A stretch of DNA of 64,000 nt from an uncultured Bacteroidaceae bacterium. Its GTDB lineage: Bacteria; Bacteroidota; Bacteroidia; Bacteroidales; GCA-2748055. The stretch lies in contig CAZGKF010000005.1 of assembly GCA_964526475.1 (NCBI GenBank), positions 5,270 through 69,269 of the forward strand, in the 5' to 3' direction. A program made the position numbers and the translations under genes. Under the pieces are notes generated by a model. It had not been told where the DNA came from. It did no database searches and saw only the letters and a list, made by a program, of their open reading frames with translations. This document shows, piece by piece, positions 43,353 to 53,442 of the stretch. How positions within the stretch are numbered: the stretch's first letter is position 1; each line of letters starts with the position of its first letter.

Positions 43353-44447
43353 CTATAAATAATTAATTGGATTTGTATTTATTTCAGATAAATGAAGTGC
43401 AAATTTAGGGATTTTTTTAATAAGTATTTCATAAAATAATTCTTTTGTAAATTGTTCACTCTCATAATGCCCCACATCTGCCAGCAATATCTTTCCTTCA
43501 GCTTCAAAAAACTGATGATACTTGAAATCTCCGCTTATAAAAACGTCAGCACCATGGGAAATAGCATTTTTTAACAGAAAACTGCCACTTCCTCCGCAAA
43601 CAGCCACTTTTTTTATCATTTTCCCGGTAAGAGCCGTATGACGTATAACGCCAGTACGAAATACATCTTTCAGAAAAAATAAAAACTCCTTTTCCTCCAA
43701 AGCAACATCAAGTGTTCCTGCTATTCCTGCTCCTGCTTTCTCGTATTTGTTTATCAACGGGTACAGATCATATGCAACTTCCTCGTAGGGATGCACCTGA
43801 AGCATTGCTTTGGTAACATTTTCCTTTAAATGAACAGGAAGTATAAATTCCATTTTAATCTCCTTTTCAAAATGTATTATTCCTTTCTTTCCGGCAAAGG
43901 GATTTGTGGTTTCAGAGCCTCTGAAAGTCCCTTCTCCCATGGAATTAAAGCTGCAAAAATCATATTCCCCTATCACCCCGGCACCGGCTTCAAAAATATT
44001 CTCCCTTACAGTAGCGGCATGGCTCTCAGGTACAAAAACAGCTAGTTTCAGTAATTTCCCTTCGGCAGGAAGCAATATTTTTGTATTTGTAAGTCCTAAT
44101 TTTTCAGATATTTTACTGTTAACCCCGCCTAACAAATTATCAATATTTGTATGCACGGAAATGATATTTATTCCTTCTCTTATTGAACGTTGAATAATTC
44201 TCTCATTAGCTGATTTCCCCGAAATACTTTTAATGCCAGAGAAGATAAGAGGATGGTGAGAAATGATCAGGTTCAGACCTTTTCTTAAGGCTTCACTTAT
44301 AACAGCTTCTGTAACATCAAGTGAAATAAGAACGCCTCGCACTTCATCATTATAATCCCCAACCTGAAGTCCGGAATTATCATAAGATTCCTGGAAAGTA
44401 AATGAAGCAGATTCTTCAAAAAGTAATAAAACTTCGTTGATTTTCAT
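43353..44447 (-). CDS. Nif3-like dinuclear metal-centre protein (GTP cyclohydrolase 1 type 2 homologue family)
   Basis: ESYDNSGLQVGD, LIISHHPLIFSGIKS, NIISVHTNIDN, ADVGHYESEQ. At 364 aa it includes the inserted PII-like domain. Confidence 0.85.
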   Translation of the reverse strand: MKINEVLLLFEESASFTFQESYDNSGLQVGDYNDEVRGVLISLDVTEAVISEALRKGLNLIISHHPLIFSGIKSISGKSANERIIQRSIREGINIISVHTNIDNLLGGVNSKISEKLGLTNTKILLPAEGKLLKLAVFVPESHAATVRENIFEAGAGVIGEYDFCSFNSMGEGTFRGSETTNPFAGKKGIIHFEKEIKMEFILPVHLKENVTKAMLQVHPYEEVAYDLYPLINKYEKAGAGIAGTLDVALEEKEFLFFLKDVFRTGVIRHTALTGKMIKKVAVCGGSGSFLLKNAISHGADVFISGDFKYHQFFEAEGKILLADVGHYESEQFTKELFYEILIKKIPKFALHLSEINTNPINYL

Positions 44448-44462
44448 GATGGAATAAAAAAT

Positions 44463-44804
44463 CTATCGGGGGAGCTCTTCTCTGATCTCAATAAGCATTT
44501 CACGAATATTTGTCAATGTTTGTATTATTTCATAATTACCAATTGTGTCATCCCTGTTTTCCCTGATCTTTTTATTAGCTCCTTTGAGTGTCATTCCCCT
44601 TTCTTTTACCAGATGATATATGATCTCAAAGTTCTTAATATCTTCTTTGGAAAACAATCTGTTTCCCTTTTTATTCTTTTTGGGTTTTATAATGTCAAAC
44701 TCATTCTCCCAGAAACGTATCAGTGATGTGTTAACGTTAAACAAACCGGCTACTTCACCAATAGTGTAGTATAGCTTTTCAATTACAGGTTCTTTATATG
44801 GCAT
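44463..44804 (-). CDS. MerR-family transcriptional regulator
   Basis: N-terminal HTH YYTIGEVAGLFNVNTSLIRFWENEFDIIKP. Confidence 0.85.
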   Translation of the reverse strand: MPYKEPVIEKLYYTIGEVAGLFNVNTSLIRFWENEFDIIKPKKNKKGNRLFSKEDIKNFEIIYHLVKERGMTLKGANKKIRENRDDTIGNYEIIQTLTNIREMLIEIREELPR

Positions 44805-44855
44805 ATGAATAAAAATAAAAAAAGCAACACAAAGTATAAAAAAAAGAAACGAAAA

Positions 44856-46343
44856 TCAATCATTATCTATTTTTTCTCCAAAGCAATATAAAAATCCATC
44901 TCTTGAAGCAATAAATATTTTATCCTCCCGGATTATGGGAGAAGCTTCGAAAGGAGCACTAAACTTATCCAGAAGAATAAATTCCTTGTTTTCATTGTAA
45001 TCATAGAGATATAAACCATTATATCCCGGAACTATAAGTCTGTTACCGGTTAAAACAGGAGAGCTGACAGAGGGGCCGGTTTCCAGTTTCGCTATTAAAA
45101 CAGGCATTGGATATTGTTTAATGCCATCAGGTCCTGGATTTATTTTTGTTGTATCCAGTGCCTGGTGATCCACAACATAAGTAAACCCATCGAGAGCAGA
45201 AAAAGCTGCAAGTTTTCTTTTTTCATTTTCAATATACAGGTCATTAACAGCAGCCGTTCCGATAATACCTCCCTCCCAGCCTGCATACAAAGTATCACAT
45301 GTAGCATAATACCATACTACTGCATGTTCCGGTTGTTTTTTCGGGTCAATTTTAAAAAGACCTCCCATTCCCTTAATATATTGTTTCTCAACCGAAATAA
45401 GCAAGCAATCGTCGGAAGTTACAACAACTGAACCGTCCAGGTCAGATCCAATAAAGAAATCCCAATCTATCTCTTTTGTAATCAGGTTAAAACCATATAC
45501 ATGTCCGGCTCCGGATGCAATATAAATATGATTACCCAGCCTTGCAGGAGACCCTTCTGTTACTACATTATTTTTATGAGCAATCACATCTTCATCTGTA
45601 TAAAGCTTTGTTTCACTGATGATAAAAGGTTGAAGCATACTGTCGGTAATAACAGCCGAGGCCGGGTCAGGGTCTATTACTGTAAGAAGAGAATTCTCAA
45701 GGGCCATATAGAGAGTATCTTCAATTACCAGTCCTGAACCATCAGCATCGCGGCTATAACTGTCGGTCCATTTAACATCGAGTCTCCATAATTCCTTTCC
45801 TGTAAAAAATGAAATGGCCCTGAAACTTGGTATATGTTTTGAGTCTAGATAGTTACCTGTCCCGAGACGACTACCCTGAAAAATAATCATACTATTGGCA
45901 TGAATATCTGCTTTATTATTAATCCAAAGGGTTCCTGTACCTTTTACGACATCATCGAAAAGATATCTCCAGATTTCTTCTCCGCTGGAAGCATTTATTT
46001 TTCGCAAATGATGGTCATTAGCCCCCTGTATAATAAATGTGTCATTCCCCTCCCTGACCAGTAGGGGCTGACCTGTCCATCCTGCACCTGCCCAGATTCT
46101 CTCACCAAGTTTCCTGGAGATAACTGTTTTTCCTTCACCAAGGTCAAACTTCCAGATAACATCAAGCCGGGACGGATTCCCATGACCATAGAAATTTCTT
46201 TTCTCATTCCCCCTGAATGTACCTATGATTATTTCAGAAGATAAAGAATCTGATATATTTTCGGAGATAATCGCAATGTCCTGCTGAGCATATGTGAATA
46301 ACATATGAAATACCAGAATAAAAAAGGGAAAGGTTCTTTTCAT
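44856..46343 (-). CDS. Exported PQQ-like/BamB-like beta-propeller repeat protein
   Basis: Signal peptide. Repeated 'G.e.W.....' blades are present (SGEEIWRYLF, TGKELWRLDV, TKEIDWDFFI). Confidence 0.6.
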   Translation of the reverse strand: MKRTFPFFILVFHMLFTYAQQDIAIISENISDSLSSEIIIGTFRGNEKRNFYGHGNPSRLDVIWKFDLGEGKTVISRKLGERIWAGAGWTGQPLLVREGNDTFIIQGANDHHLRKINASSGEEIWRYLFDDVVKGTGTLWINNKADIHANSMIIFQGSRLGTGNYLDSKHIPSFRAISFFTGKELWRLDVKWTDSYSRDADGSGLVIEDTLYMALENSLLTVIDPDPASAVITDSMLQPFIISETKLYTDEDVIAHKNNVVTEGSPARLGNHIYIASGAGHVYGFNLITKEIDWDFFIGSDLDGSVVVTSDDCLLISVEKQYIKGMGGLFKIDPKKQPEHAVVWYYATCDTLYAGWEGGIIGTAAVNDLYIENEKRKLAAFSALDGFTYVVDHQALDTTKINPGPDGIKQYPMPVLIAKLETGPSVSSPVLTGNRLIVPGYNGLYLYDYNENKEFILLDKFSAPFEASPIIREDKIFIASRDGFLYCFGEKIDND

Positions 46344-46434
46344 ATTATGGGATGCATCTGTTTATTAAAGCTTATTAAAGAAACCAGCAGGAATAAGTAT
46401 AATGAGTTTTTCTGAGCTAATAAACCAGGAGGAT

Positions 46435-47412
46435 TTAATTGATGTCAAATTCCGGATCTGCATTACTCAGGAGGGTTATCATTTTATCGTACTCATCAGC
46501 AGACAAGTCGTTAGCGTAAAAATTAACAGGATTAACTTTTCTGTTGTTTGCAATCACCTCATAGTGCAGATGTGGACGGGTGGAAAGGCCTGTACTACCT
46601 ACATAGCCAATCACATCCCCTCTTTTAATGCGTTCACCTCTCTTTACAATCACTTTTTCGAGATGTCCGTAAATCGTTTTATAACCATACCCATGATCGA
46701 GCAATATCCTTATACCAAGCCCCCCCGGACTATATCCTGCCTCAACAACTACCCCATCGGCGGTAGCAAATATACTGGTACCGCGGTCACAGGTAAAATC
46801 AACTCCTTCATGCATGCGTATTGTTTTGAGTATAGGGTGTAGACGCATCCCGAAAGCAGATCCGAATCTAATTAGCTGATTAATACTTACAGGTTGGATA
46901 GCAGGCCGGGCAGCCAATCTTTTTTCTTTGCTTTTTGCCATTTCAATTACTTTATCAAAAGATTGTGACTGAACAACGGATTTCTTCGCCAGAATATCCA
47001 ATGACCCGTTAATAGCATTAAGTGAACCGGCAAATTTTGATCCGGTAAAAAGATCACTTTTTTCTGTACCTCCGAAACCAGCTTCTCTTTGTGATGGAGG
47101 CAAAGGATCAACTTCGAAATAAGTTCTGTAAATATGGTCATCATTATAGCTTAAATCCTCAAGGACTTCTTTCATTTTCAATACTTCACTCTTCATTAAA
47201 ATAAGTTGCAATTCAAGCTTTGCCTGGGTCTCAGACAAATCCTTCACTTTTGGAGATTCAAATACATCGTGTCCTAAAAACAAAACAGAAAATGTGAAAA
47301 TCCCGATAATAAAAAGAAAAGGTAAGCTTCTGAACAGATTCTGCCTGAAAGAATACCTTTCTCTCTCAAATTTAAGAGTTTCCTGATTAAACTTATATAT
47401 GTCCCTTGCCAT
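46435..47412 (-). CDS. M23-family (LytM-domain) peptidoglycan metalloendopeptidase, tandem copy 3
   Basis: An N-terminal TM segment, a coiled coil, then the LytM motifs HEGVDF ... GSTGLSTRPHLHYEV. Confidence 0.9.
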   Translation of the reverse strand: MARDIYKFNQETLKFERERYSFRQNLFRSLPFLFIIGIFTFSVLFLGHDVFESPKVKDLSETQAKLELQLILMKSEVLKMKEVLEDLSYNDDHIYRTYFEVDPLPPSQREAGFGGTEKSDLFTGSKFAGSLNAINGSLDILAKKSVVQSQSFDKVIEMAKSKEKRLAARPAIQPVSINQLIRFGSAFGMRLHPILKTIRMHEGVDFTCDRGTSIFATADGVVVEAGYSPGGLGIRILLDHGYGYKTIYGHLEKVIVKRGERIKRGDVIGYVGSTGLSTRPHLHYEVIANNRKVNPVNFYANDLSADEYDKMITLLSNADPEFDIN

Positions 47413-47441
47413 GAAAAATAAAAGTAAATAAAAAACAAAAC

Positions 47442-48407
47442 CTAATCAAAAGATTGACCTGATTTTATTGACAATTCTATCATTTTATCATATTCTTCAG
47501 GTGATAACTCCAGAAAATAATAATTTACCGGGTTAACAGTTTGTCCATTCAATAAAACTTCATAATGCAAATGTGGAGCAACGGAAAGGCCGGTATTCCC
47601 AACCCATCCTATAACATTTCCTCTCTTAACTTTCCGACCTCTCTTAACATTAAAACCTTCCAGATGAGAGTATTTCGTTTTATATCCAAAACCGTGATCG
47701 ACAACAATAGTATTACCACTTCCTCTTCCGGTATTATTCACTTCTTCAATCATCCCATCACCGGTAGCAAAAACCGGAGTACCTGTTGGAGCAGTGAAAT
47801 CCATACCGGAATGAAATTTACGAATCTTGTAAATTGGATGGATACGGTATCCATAACCGGATGCAGCTCTGATGAGCTCTTTGTTGGCTATAGGTTGAAT
47901 GGCAGGAATACATTGAAGCATTTCCTGTTTTCTGTTTGCCAGCTCAAAAAGATTTCTGTATTCAGCCGAATTAAGGGAAACATCCCTGAATATATCACCC
48001 AGTAAAAATTTAGTTTCAAATACAAGTGCCTCGTTCCCCATCTCCATAAAACGGAAAACAGACCTTGAATCACCTTCCGAAAGGGTTATTCCTGATCTTC
48101 TGACCGGTTCAGCTTCAAAAATCATTCTGTAAATATTCTCATCATGTTTTTTAAGGCTTTTCAACACTGTATCGATCTGGTTGAATCTTCTTGAAAGGAA
48201 ACTATAATCATGAATGAGCGACTTGTTTTCCTGCCTGAGTTGCCTCTCGTACGGAGTGTCAAAAAACACTGAATATAATACATTTAAAAGAATAGCTATG
48301 GTAAAGCCTGCGGTTAAAAAGACAATACCCCTGAGGAGTCTGCCTTTAAGGTTATTATTAACCCTGGAATAGTTTATTCTCTCAGCATCAAATGTATACT
48401 TAGCCAT
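47442..48407 (-). CDS. M23-family (LytM-domain) peptidoglycan metalloendopeptidase, tandem copy 2
   Basis: Same architecture as copy 3: HSGMDF ... GNTGLSVAPHLHYEV. Confidence 0.9.
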   Translation of the reverse strand: MAKYTFDAERINYSRVNNNLKGRLLRGIVFLTAGFTIAILLNVLYSVFFDTPYERQLRQENKSLIHDYSFLSRRFNQIDTVLKSLKKHDENIYRMIFEAEPVRRSGITLSEGDSRSVFRFMEMGNEALVFETKFLLGDIFRDVSLNSAEYRNLFELANRKQEMLQCIPAIQPIANKELIRAASGYGYRIHPIYKIRKFHSGMDFTAPTGTPVFATGDGMIEEVNNTGRGSGNTIVVDHGFGYKTKYSHLEGFNVKRGRKVKRGNVIGWVGNTGLSVAPHLHYEVLLNGQTVNPVNYYFLELSPEEYDKMIELSIKSGQSFD

Positions 48408-48459
48408 AATACAGAAGGATAATTCTGCCTGCTAAAATAATAAAAAAACACAAAAATTT

Positions 48460-49413
48460 TCAGTTTTCTGTCTGGGCAACTATTTCACCATACTCTTCAG
48501 GAGAGAGATTTTCATAATAAAAATACATGGGATGGAGAGGCTTCCCATCCAGTCTGACCTCATAGTGCAGATGCGGACCGGTTGATCTGCCAGTACTTCC
48601 GAGCAATCCGATCAACTGGCCTCTTTTAACTCTCTGTCCGGGTTCCACAATAATCTTGTGCAGGTGTGCATAACGGGAAGAATATCCGTAACCATGATTA
48701 ATAAGAATTTCCTTACCGTAACCATATCTGCTTATTGAAGCTTCAGAAACAATTCCATCTCCCGTTGCATAAATTTTCAATCCTATCCTTCCTGCAATAT
48801 CAATTCCCTGATGCATCCTCCTGCTTTTTGTGAAAGGGTCCCATCTTATACCGTATGTAGAAGTAAGCCAGAACGAATCAACAGGCGATATAGGCTGAAT
48901 GGAGGGTTTGCCGGCAATAAGCTCCTGATGCATATTCGCTATCTGAAATATATCATAAAGAGAGATTGTTTGTATCTTAACTTTATTGGCAAGCTTTTCC
49001 AGATACTTTGCTGTTTCATTAACATAATCGACTGATCTTGTCAATAGCATATCGCTGAAATTCTCTGACCCCCCGGAACCCGCTTCCCTTATAGAGGGTG
49101 GGATAGGAGTAAGATCAAGAACAGAACGGTAAAGCCAGTCATCACGCTTTTCAACTTCATATAAGAATCCTTCCGCACTCTTTATCTGGCTTCTAAGCTC
49201 ATTGTAAGCTGTCTGAAGCTCACTATTTTTCTCAATAAAATAATTAACCTTGGGAGAATCAGCAATATGGTCAAATCCAATCCTAAAAGCTGCAGACAGA
49301 ATTAAAAGAATAATCATTATAAATAATGTATCCCCAATCCTTTTTCTAAATGATTTATTTACCTTCTCAAATCGTAAGGTTTCAGGGTTAAGGTAGTATT
49401 TCGTTTTAAACAT
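48460..49413 (-). CDS. M23-family (LytM-domain) peptidoglycan metalloendopeptidase, tandem copy 1
   Basis: Same architecture as copies 2 and 3: HQGIDI ... GSTGRSTGPHLHYEV. Confidence 0.9.
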   Translation of the reverse strand: MFKTKYYLNPETLRFEKVNKSFRKRIGDTLFIMIILLILSAAFRIGFDHIADSPKVNYFIEKNSELQTAYNELRSQIKSAEGFLYEVEKRDDWLYRSVLDLTPIPPSIREAGSGGSENFSDMLLTRSVDYVNETAKYLEKLANKVKIQTISLYDIFQIANMHQELIAGKPSIQPISPVDSFWLTSTYGIRWDPFTKSRRMHQGIDIAGRIGLKIYATGDGIVSEASISRYGYGKEILINHGYGYSSRYAHLHKIIVEPGQRVKRGQLIGLLGSTGRSTGPHLHYEVRLDGKPLHPMYFYYENLSPEEYGEIVAQTEN

Positions 49414-49584
49414 AACTGATAGTCAGATATTAACAATAGTTATTTCTGCCAAAAGTTCAAATGTAAATTAAATATTTTAATTTTACAATCATTTTTTTAT
49501 TTCATCATACCGCAATAATACTTATTTTTCATAAAAAAAGTTTCACTTTTTATTGTTTTATTTAATGTTTTATAAATAGAGAAC

Positions 49585-52218
49585 ATGTTATCAAATGAAT
49601 TAAGATCCTCATTTTTACAGTATTTCCGTCAAAAAAATCATCAAATTGTTAACCCGGCTCCACTGGTAGTTAAAGACGATCCGACTCTATTGTTTACAAA
49701 TGCCGGGATGAATCAGTTTAAGGATATTTTTCTCGGCTTTTCACCAATTCACCATAAAAGAGTGGCAAACTCGCAGAAATGCCTGAGAGTATCAGGGAAA
49801 CATAATGATCTGGAGGAAGTCGGACACGACACATATCATCACACAATGTTTGAGATGCTCGGTAACTGGTCGTTCGGCGATTATTTTAAGAAAGAAGCCA
49901 TTGATTGGGCATGGGAATATCTGACCGATGTTTTAAAAATTGATGAAAAAAGACTATATGCAACTGTTTTTGAGGGAAGCAGTGAGGAGAAAATTGAAAA
50001 GGATATGGAGGCTTTAAAACACTGGGGATCTCATTTACCTGAAGAAAGAATCCTTACCGGAAACAAGAAGGATAATTTCTGGGAAATGGGCAATGCCGGT
50101 CCTTGCGGACCATGTTCAGAGATTCATATCGATCTGAGAAATGATAATGATGTCAGAACAACACCCGGAAAAAGTCTGATTAATACAGGTCATCCTGAAG
50201 TAATCGAAATCTGGAACCTGGTTTTTATTCAGTACAACCGAAAAGCTAACGGAGAACTGGAATCCCTTCCAAAAAAACATGTTGACACAGGTATGGGATT
50301 TGAAAGACTTTGCCGTATTGTTCAAAATAAAACATCCAACTACGACACCGACTTATTTCAACCAATAATTCATAAATTATCCCAACATACAAATATCAAA
50401 TACGGAGGGAATCCGGAAACAGATATTGCCATGAGAGTGATTGCTGACCATCTCCGGGCAGTTTCCTTTTCCATTGCAGACGGACAACTCCCTTCCAATA
50501 ATAAGGCAGGTTATGTGATACGCCGGATTCTCAGAAGAGCTGTAAGATATGGATACAGTTTTCTAAATCAGAAGGAACCGTTTATTCACAAACTCGTAAG
50601 CACACTTTCTGAAATAATGGGTAACTGTTATCCGGAAATTATATCACGTAAAATACTTATTGAAAAAGTGATCAAAGAAGAAGAGTTGTCTTTTCTGCGA
50701 ACTCTGGAAACAGGAATGCGTTTACTCGATCAACTTATTAAGGCAGCAAGTGAAAACGGGTTAAAGGAATTAAACGGAAAAGATGCTTTTACTCTTTATG
50801 ATACATATGGATTTCCTCTCGATCTTACACAATTAATCCTGCGTGAACATAAAATGTATGTAAACCATCAGGAATTTGAACTGGAAATGAAAGCACAAAA
50901 AATTCGTTCAAAATCCGATGCATTTAAAGATACAGGCGACTGGCAGATACTGCTGAAGGAGGAGCAGGAAGAGATGTTTACAGGTTATGACAAGCTTGAA
51001 GATAAGGTCCGGATAAGCCGTTACAGAAGGATTTTGCAAAAAGGGGAATATTTCTGGCAGTTGGTTTTCGACAAAACACCATTCTATGCAGAAAGTGGCG
51101 GTCAGGTTGGGGATACTGGTTATATTGAAAATGAAACCGAGAAGATCAATATTATAGACACAGTAAAAGAAAATAACTTGTTTATTCATATCACCGGAAA
51201 GCTTCCCGATGATCCCTCATCATCTTTTCATGCCGTTGTTAACAATGGTTTAAGAATCGACACTGCTAATAATCATACCTCTACACATCTTCTTCATTTT
51301 GCATTAAGAACCCTGCTTGGTCCTCATGTAGAACAAAAAGGATCATTGGTGCACCCCGATTATCTTCGATTCGATTTCAGTCACTTCCAGAAAGTAAGTG
51401 ATAAAGAACTCAGGGAAATTGAAATACTTATAAACAATATGATCCGGCAGAATATTCCTGTTGAGGACTTAAGATCAGTTCCTATCAGGAAAGCTGAGGA
51501 AATGGGAGCCATTGCACTATTTGGTGAGAAATACAAAGAATCAGTAAGGGTAATACGTTTTGGTGATTCTATTGAGCTTTGCGGAGGAACCCATGTCAGA
51601 GCTACCGGACAAATAGGCTTCTTTATGATATTAAAGGAGAGTGCAATATCTGCTGGTATTAGAAGGATTGAGGCAATCAGCGGCAGGAAATGCACTGAAC
51701 ATATTTTTTCACTTGAAGAAAAATTAAAAGGAATTGAACGAACCATTTCATCAAAACAGGATCCACTTACTGCAATAGAGAACCTTATAAAGGATAATAA
51801 TGAACTAACACGGCAGCTTGAACGGTTTAAAAAGGAAAAGCTTCAAAAAATCAAAGAGGAATTAAAGAATTCCATAAAAATAATCTCAGGTACTCATTCA
51901 ATAATATTCAAAGCTGAAGGTCTTCAACCTGATGAAGTTAAAAACCTTGCCTTTCAACTTAAAGGAGATTTTGAGAGTCTTTATTTCGTAGCGGGGTATG
52001 AGATAAATGGCAAAGCCAACCTTGCAGTTATGCTTTCCGATGATCTGGTTAAAAACAAAAAACTGAACGCCATTGAAATTATTAAAGAACTTTCCGTTGA
52101 AATACAAGGAGGAGGGGGTGGCCAGAATTTTTTTGCTACTGCAGGAGGAAAGAATCCGGATGGGATAATCGCTGCTTTGGGAAAAGCAGAAGATTTAATC
52201 AGGAAACCTTCAGGATAA
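49585..52218 (+). CDS. alaS: Alanine--tRNA ligase
   Basis: 877 aa. [45 protein letters not shown], the editing-domain HTSTHLL motif, CGGTH, and a C-terminal DHHA1-like region ending [14 protein letters not shown]. Confidence 0.97.
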   Translation: MLSNELRSSFLQYFRQKNHQIVNPAPLVVKDDPTLLFTNAGMNQFKDIFLGFSPIHHKRVANSQKCLRVSGKHNDLEEVGHDTYHHTMFEMLGNWSFGDYFKKEAIDWAWEYLTDVLKIDEKRLYATVFEGSSEEKIEKDMEALKHWGSHLPEERILTGNKKDNFWEMGNAGPCGPCSEIHIDLRNDNDVRTTPGKSLINTGHPEVIEIWNLVFIQYNRKANGELESLPKKHVDTGMGFERLCRIVQNKTSNYDTDLFQPIIHKLSQHTNIKYGGNPETDIAMRVIADHLRAVSFSIADGQLPSNNKAGYVIRRILRRAVRYGYSFLNQKEPFIHKLVSTLSEIMGNCYPEIISRKILIEKVIKEEELSFLRTLETGMRLLDQLIKAASENGLKELNGKDAFTLYDTYGFPLDLTQLILREHKMYVNHQEFELEMKAQKIRSKSDAFKDTGDWQILLKEEQEEMFTGYDKLEDKVRISRYRRILQKGEYFWQLVFDKTPFYAESGGQVGDTGYIENETEKINIIDTVKENNLFIHITGKLPDDPSSSFHAVVNNGLRIDTANNHTSTHLLHFALRTLLGPHVEQKGSLVHPDYLRFDFSHFQKVSDKELREIEILINNMIRQNIPVEDLRSVPIRKAEEMGAIALFGEKYKESVRVIRFGDSIELCGGTHVRATGQIGFFMILKESAISAGIRRIEAISGRKCTEHIFSLEEKLKGIERTISSKQDPLTAIENLIKDNNELTRQLERFKKEKLQKIKEELKNSIKIISGTHSIIFKAEGLQPDEVKNLAFQLKGDFESLYFVAGYEINGKANLAVMLSDDLVKNKKLNAIEIIKELSVEIQGGGGGQNFFATAGGKNPDGIIAALGKAEDLIRKPSG

Positions 52219-52274
52219 GAAAAACAAATACCGGTTTTAAAGCGATAAATTTCAAACCATTCTAAATCTGCATT

Positions 52275-53177
52275 TTAAGTTTTATTATTCGTGTGATTTT
52301 TTGTGTAGTCGCTTATTTTGTTCAATACTTGTTCTTCTGCCTGGTCATACATGTCACGAATAAATTCATCGTTGAAACATAAAGTTCTTTCTTCAAATTT
52401 CATATCACCCAACCTGTCGAAGAGCCGCTCTTTGGCAGTCTTAATATCCTTACCATAAATATGAAATGAATCTGCATGCCAGTTCATCCGTCCAAGTTTC
52501 ACTATCCTGCCGGTTTTTTCAGCAATCCCTGCAGCTATGATTTCTTTGTTGAACTGAATAAATCCAAACATATTCATGAAATTGGCTCCCCATGCATCAT
52601 TGCTTCTGAAACGGATATTACAATTCAGCCAGTAAACACCCTGTTCATCTTCGAGTATCCGGTACCAGAGCGACTGGAGACAAGGAGGATCATAACAATC
52701 ATTGTCAATATTTGGCATCCAGGTTATCATCTGCGCCTGACGTGTAAAAGGTTGATCTGAAAGTTTATTTATAACACTTTTAATCTGATCGATCTTAAAT
52801 CCGCCAATCTCCTCTGATTTACCATCAACCAGCTCTCTCCATATACCATATCTTTTAAGCCTTCCATGATAAGTATATTCCCATCGGGTATCTTCCTTAA
52901 CATTCATATTTTTAATCCAGTCATCCTTAAATCCCTTCAGCTCAAGAACATATTCCTTAAGATCATCTATCCCGCCCGGGAAAGCCATATGAATAACCGG
53001 ATCAGTTTCAGGCTCCTCTATAGTAATGTTCATTGTGCAATCAATACTCTCAGGATCTTCGGGCTTATCATATTGTGTTTTAAACCTGATACCCTTTTCA
53101 TAAACTGAAACTAAAGCTGCTTCATATGCTTCAGCCAGGGTCTTACCTGAAACTGTAATTACCGGAATATTTCTCAT
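52275..53177 (-). CDS. Divergent thymidylate synthase (ThyA/dCMP-hydroxymethylase superfamily) protein
   Basis: IDQIKSVINKLSDQPFTRQAQMITWMP...DPPCLQSLWYRIL...IRFRSNDAWGANFMNMFGF...HADSFHIYGKD follows the ThyA core pattern (DQl..vi..l...P.sRR...W.p...PCH..fqf...qRS.D...G.PfN...gD.HiY). The N-terminal ~100 aa and several motif residues are non-canonical. Confidence 0.7.
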   Translation of the reverse strand: MRNIPVITVSGKTLAEAYEAALVSVYEKGIRFKTQYDKPEDPESIDCTMNITIEEPETDPVIHMAFPGGIDDLKEYVLELKGFKDDWIKNMNVKEDTRWEYTYHGRLKRYGIWRELVDGKSEEIGGFKIDQIKSVINKLSDQPFTRQAQMITWMPNIDNDCYDPPCLQSLWYRILEDEQGVYWLNCNIRFRSNDAWGANFMNMFGFIQFNKEIIAAGIAEKTGRIVKLGRMNWHADSFHIYGKDIKTAKERLFDRLGDMKFEERTLCFNDEFIRDMYDQAEEQVLNKISDYTKNHTNNKT

Positions 53178-53442
53178 TGTAATAATAAAATTGATTTGGA
53201 TAAAAATAAAAAAGTTTTTCCATTATTCAGATGAAGGATGAAAATATATTTCAACCCGATTGTATCAGAAGAAGAATATAAATATATTCGAATTTATCTG
53301 TATGGAAAAGTTATGATAATAGCCTATATAACAATTTCTTATATTGCATTCTAAATAAAGTGCCGGAAACAATAAAAAAAATATTCGATATTTAATGAAT
53401 AAAAATATTTGTATATTTAGCCAAACATAAAACTAAACTATT

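Noticed and set aside
46402-46842. 146-aa plus-strand ORF (another lies at 47565..48005) opposite the M23 peptidase genes
   Set aside because: Both are antisense to genes with intact LytM motifs, and their translations have no recognisable features.
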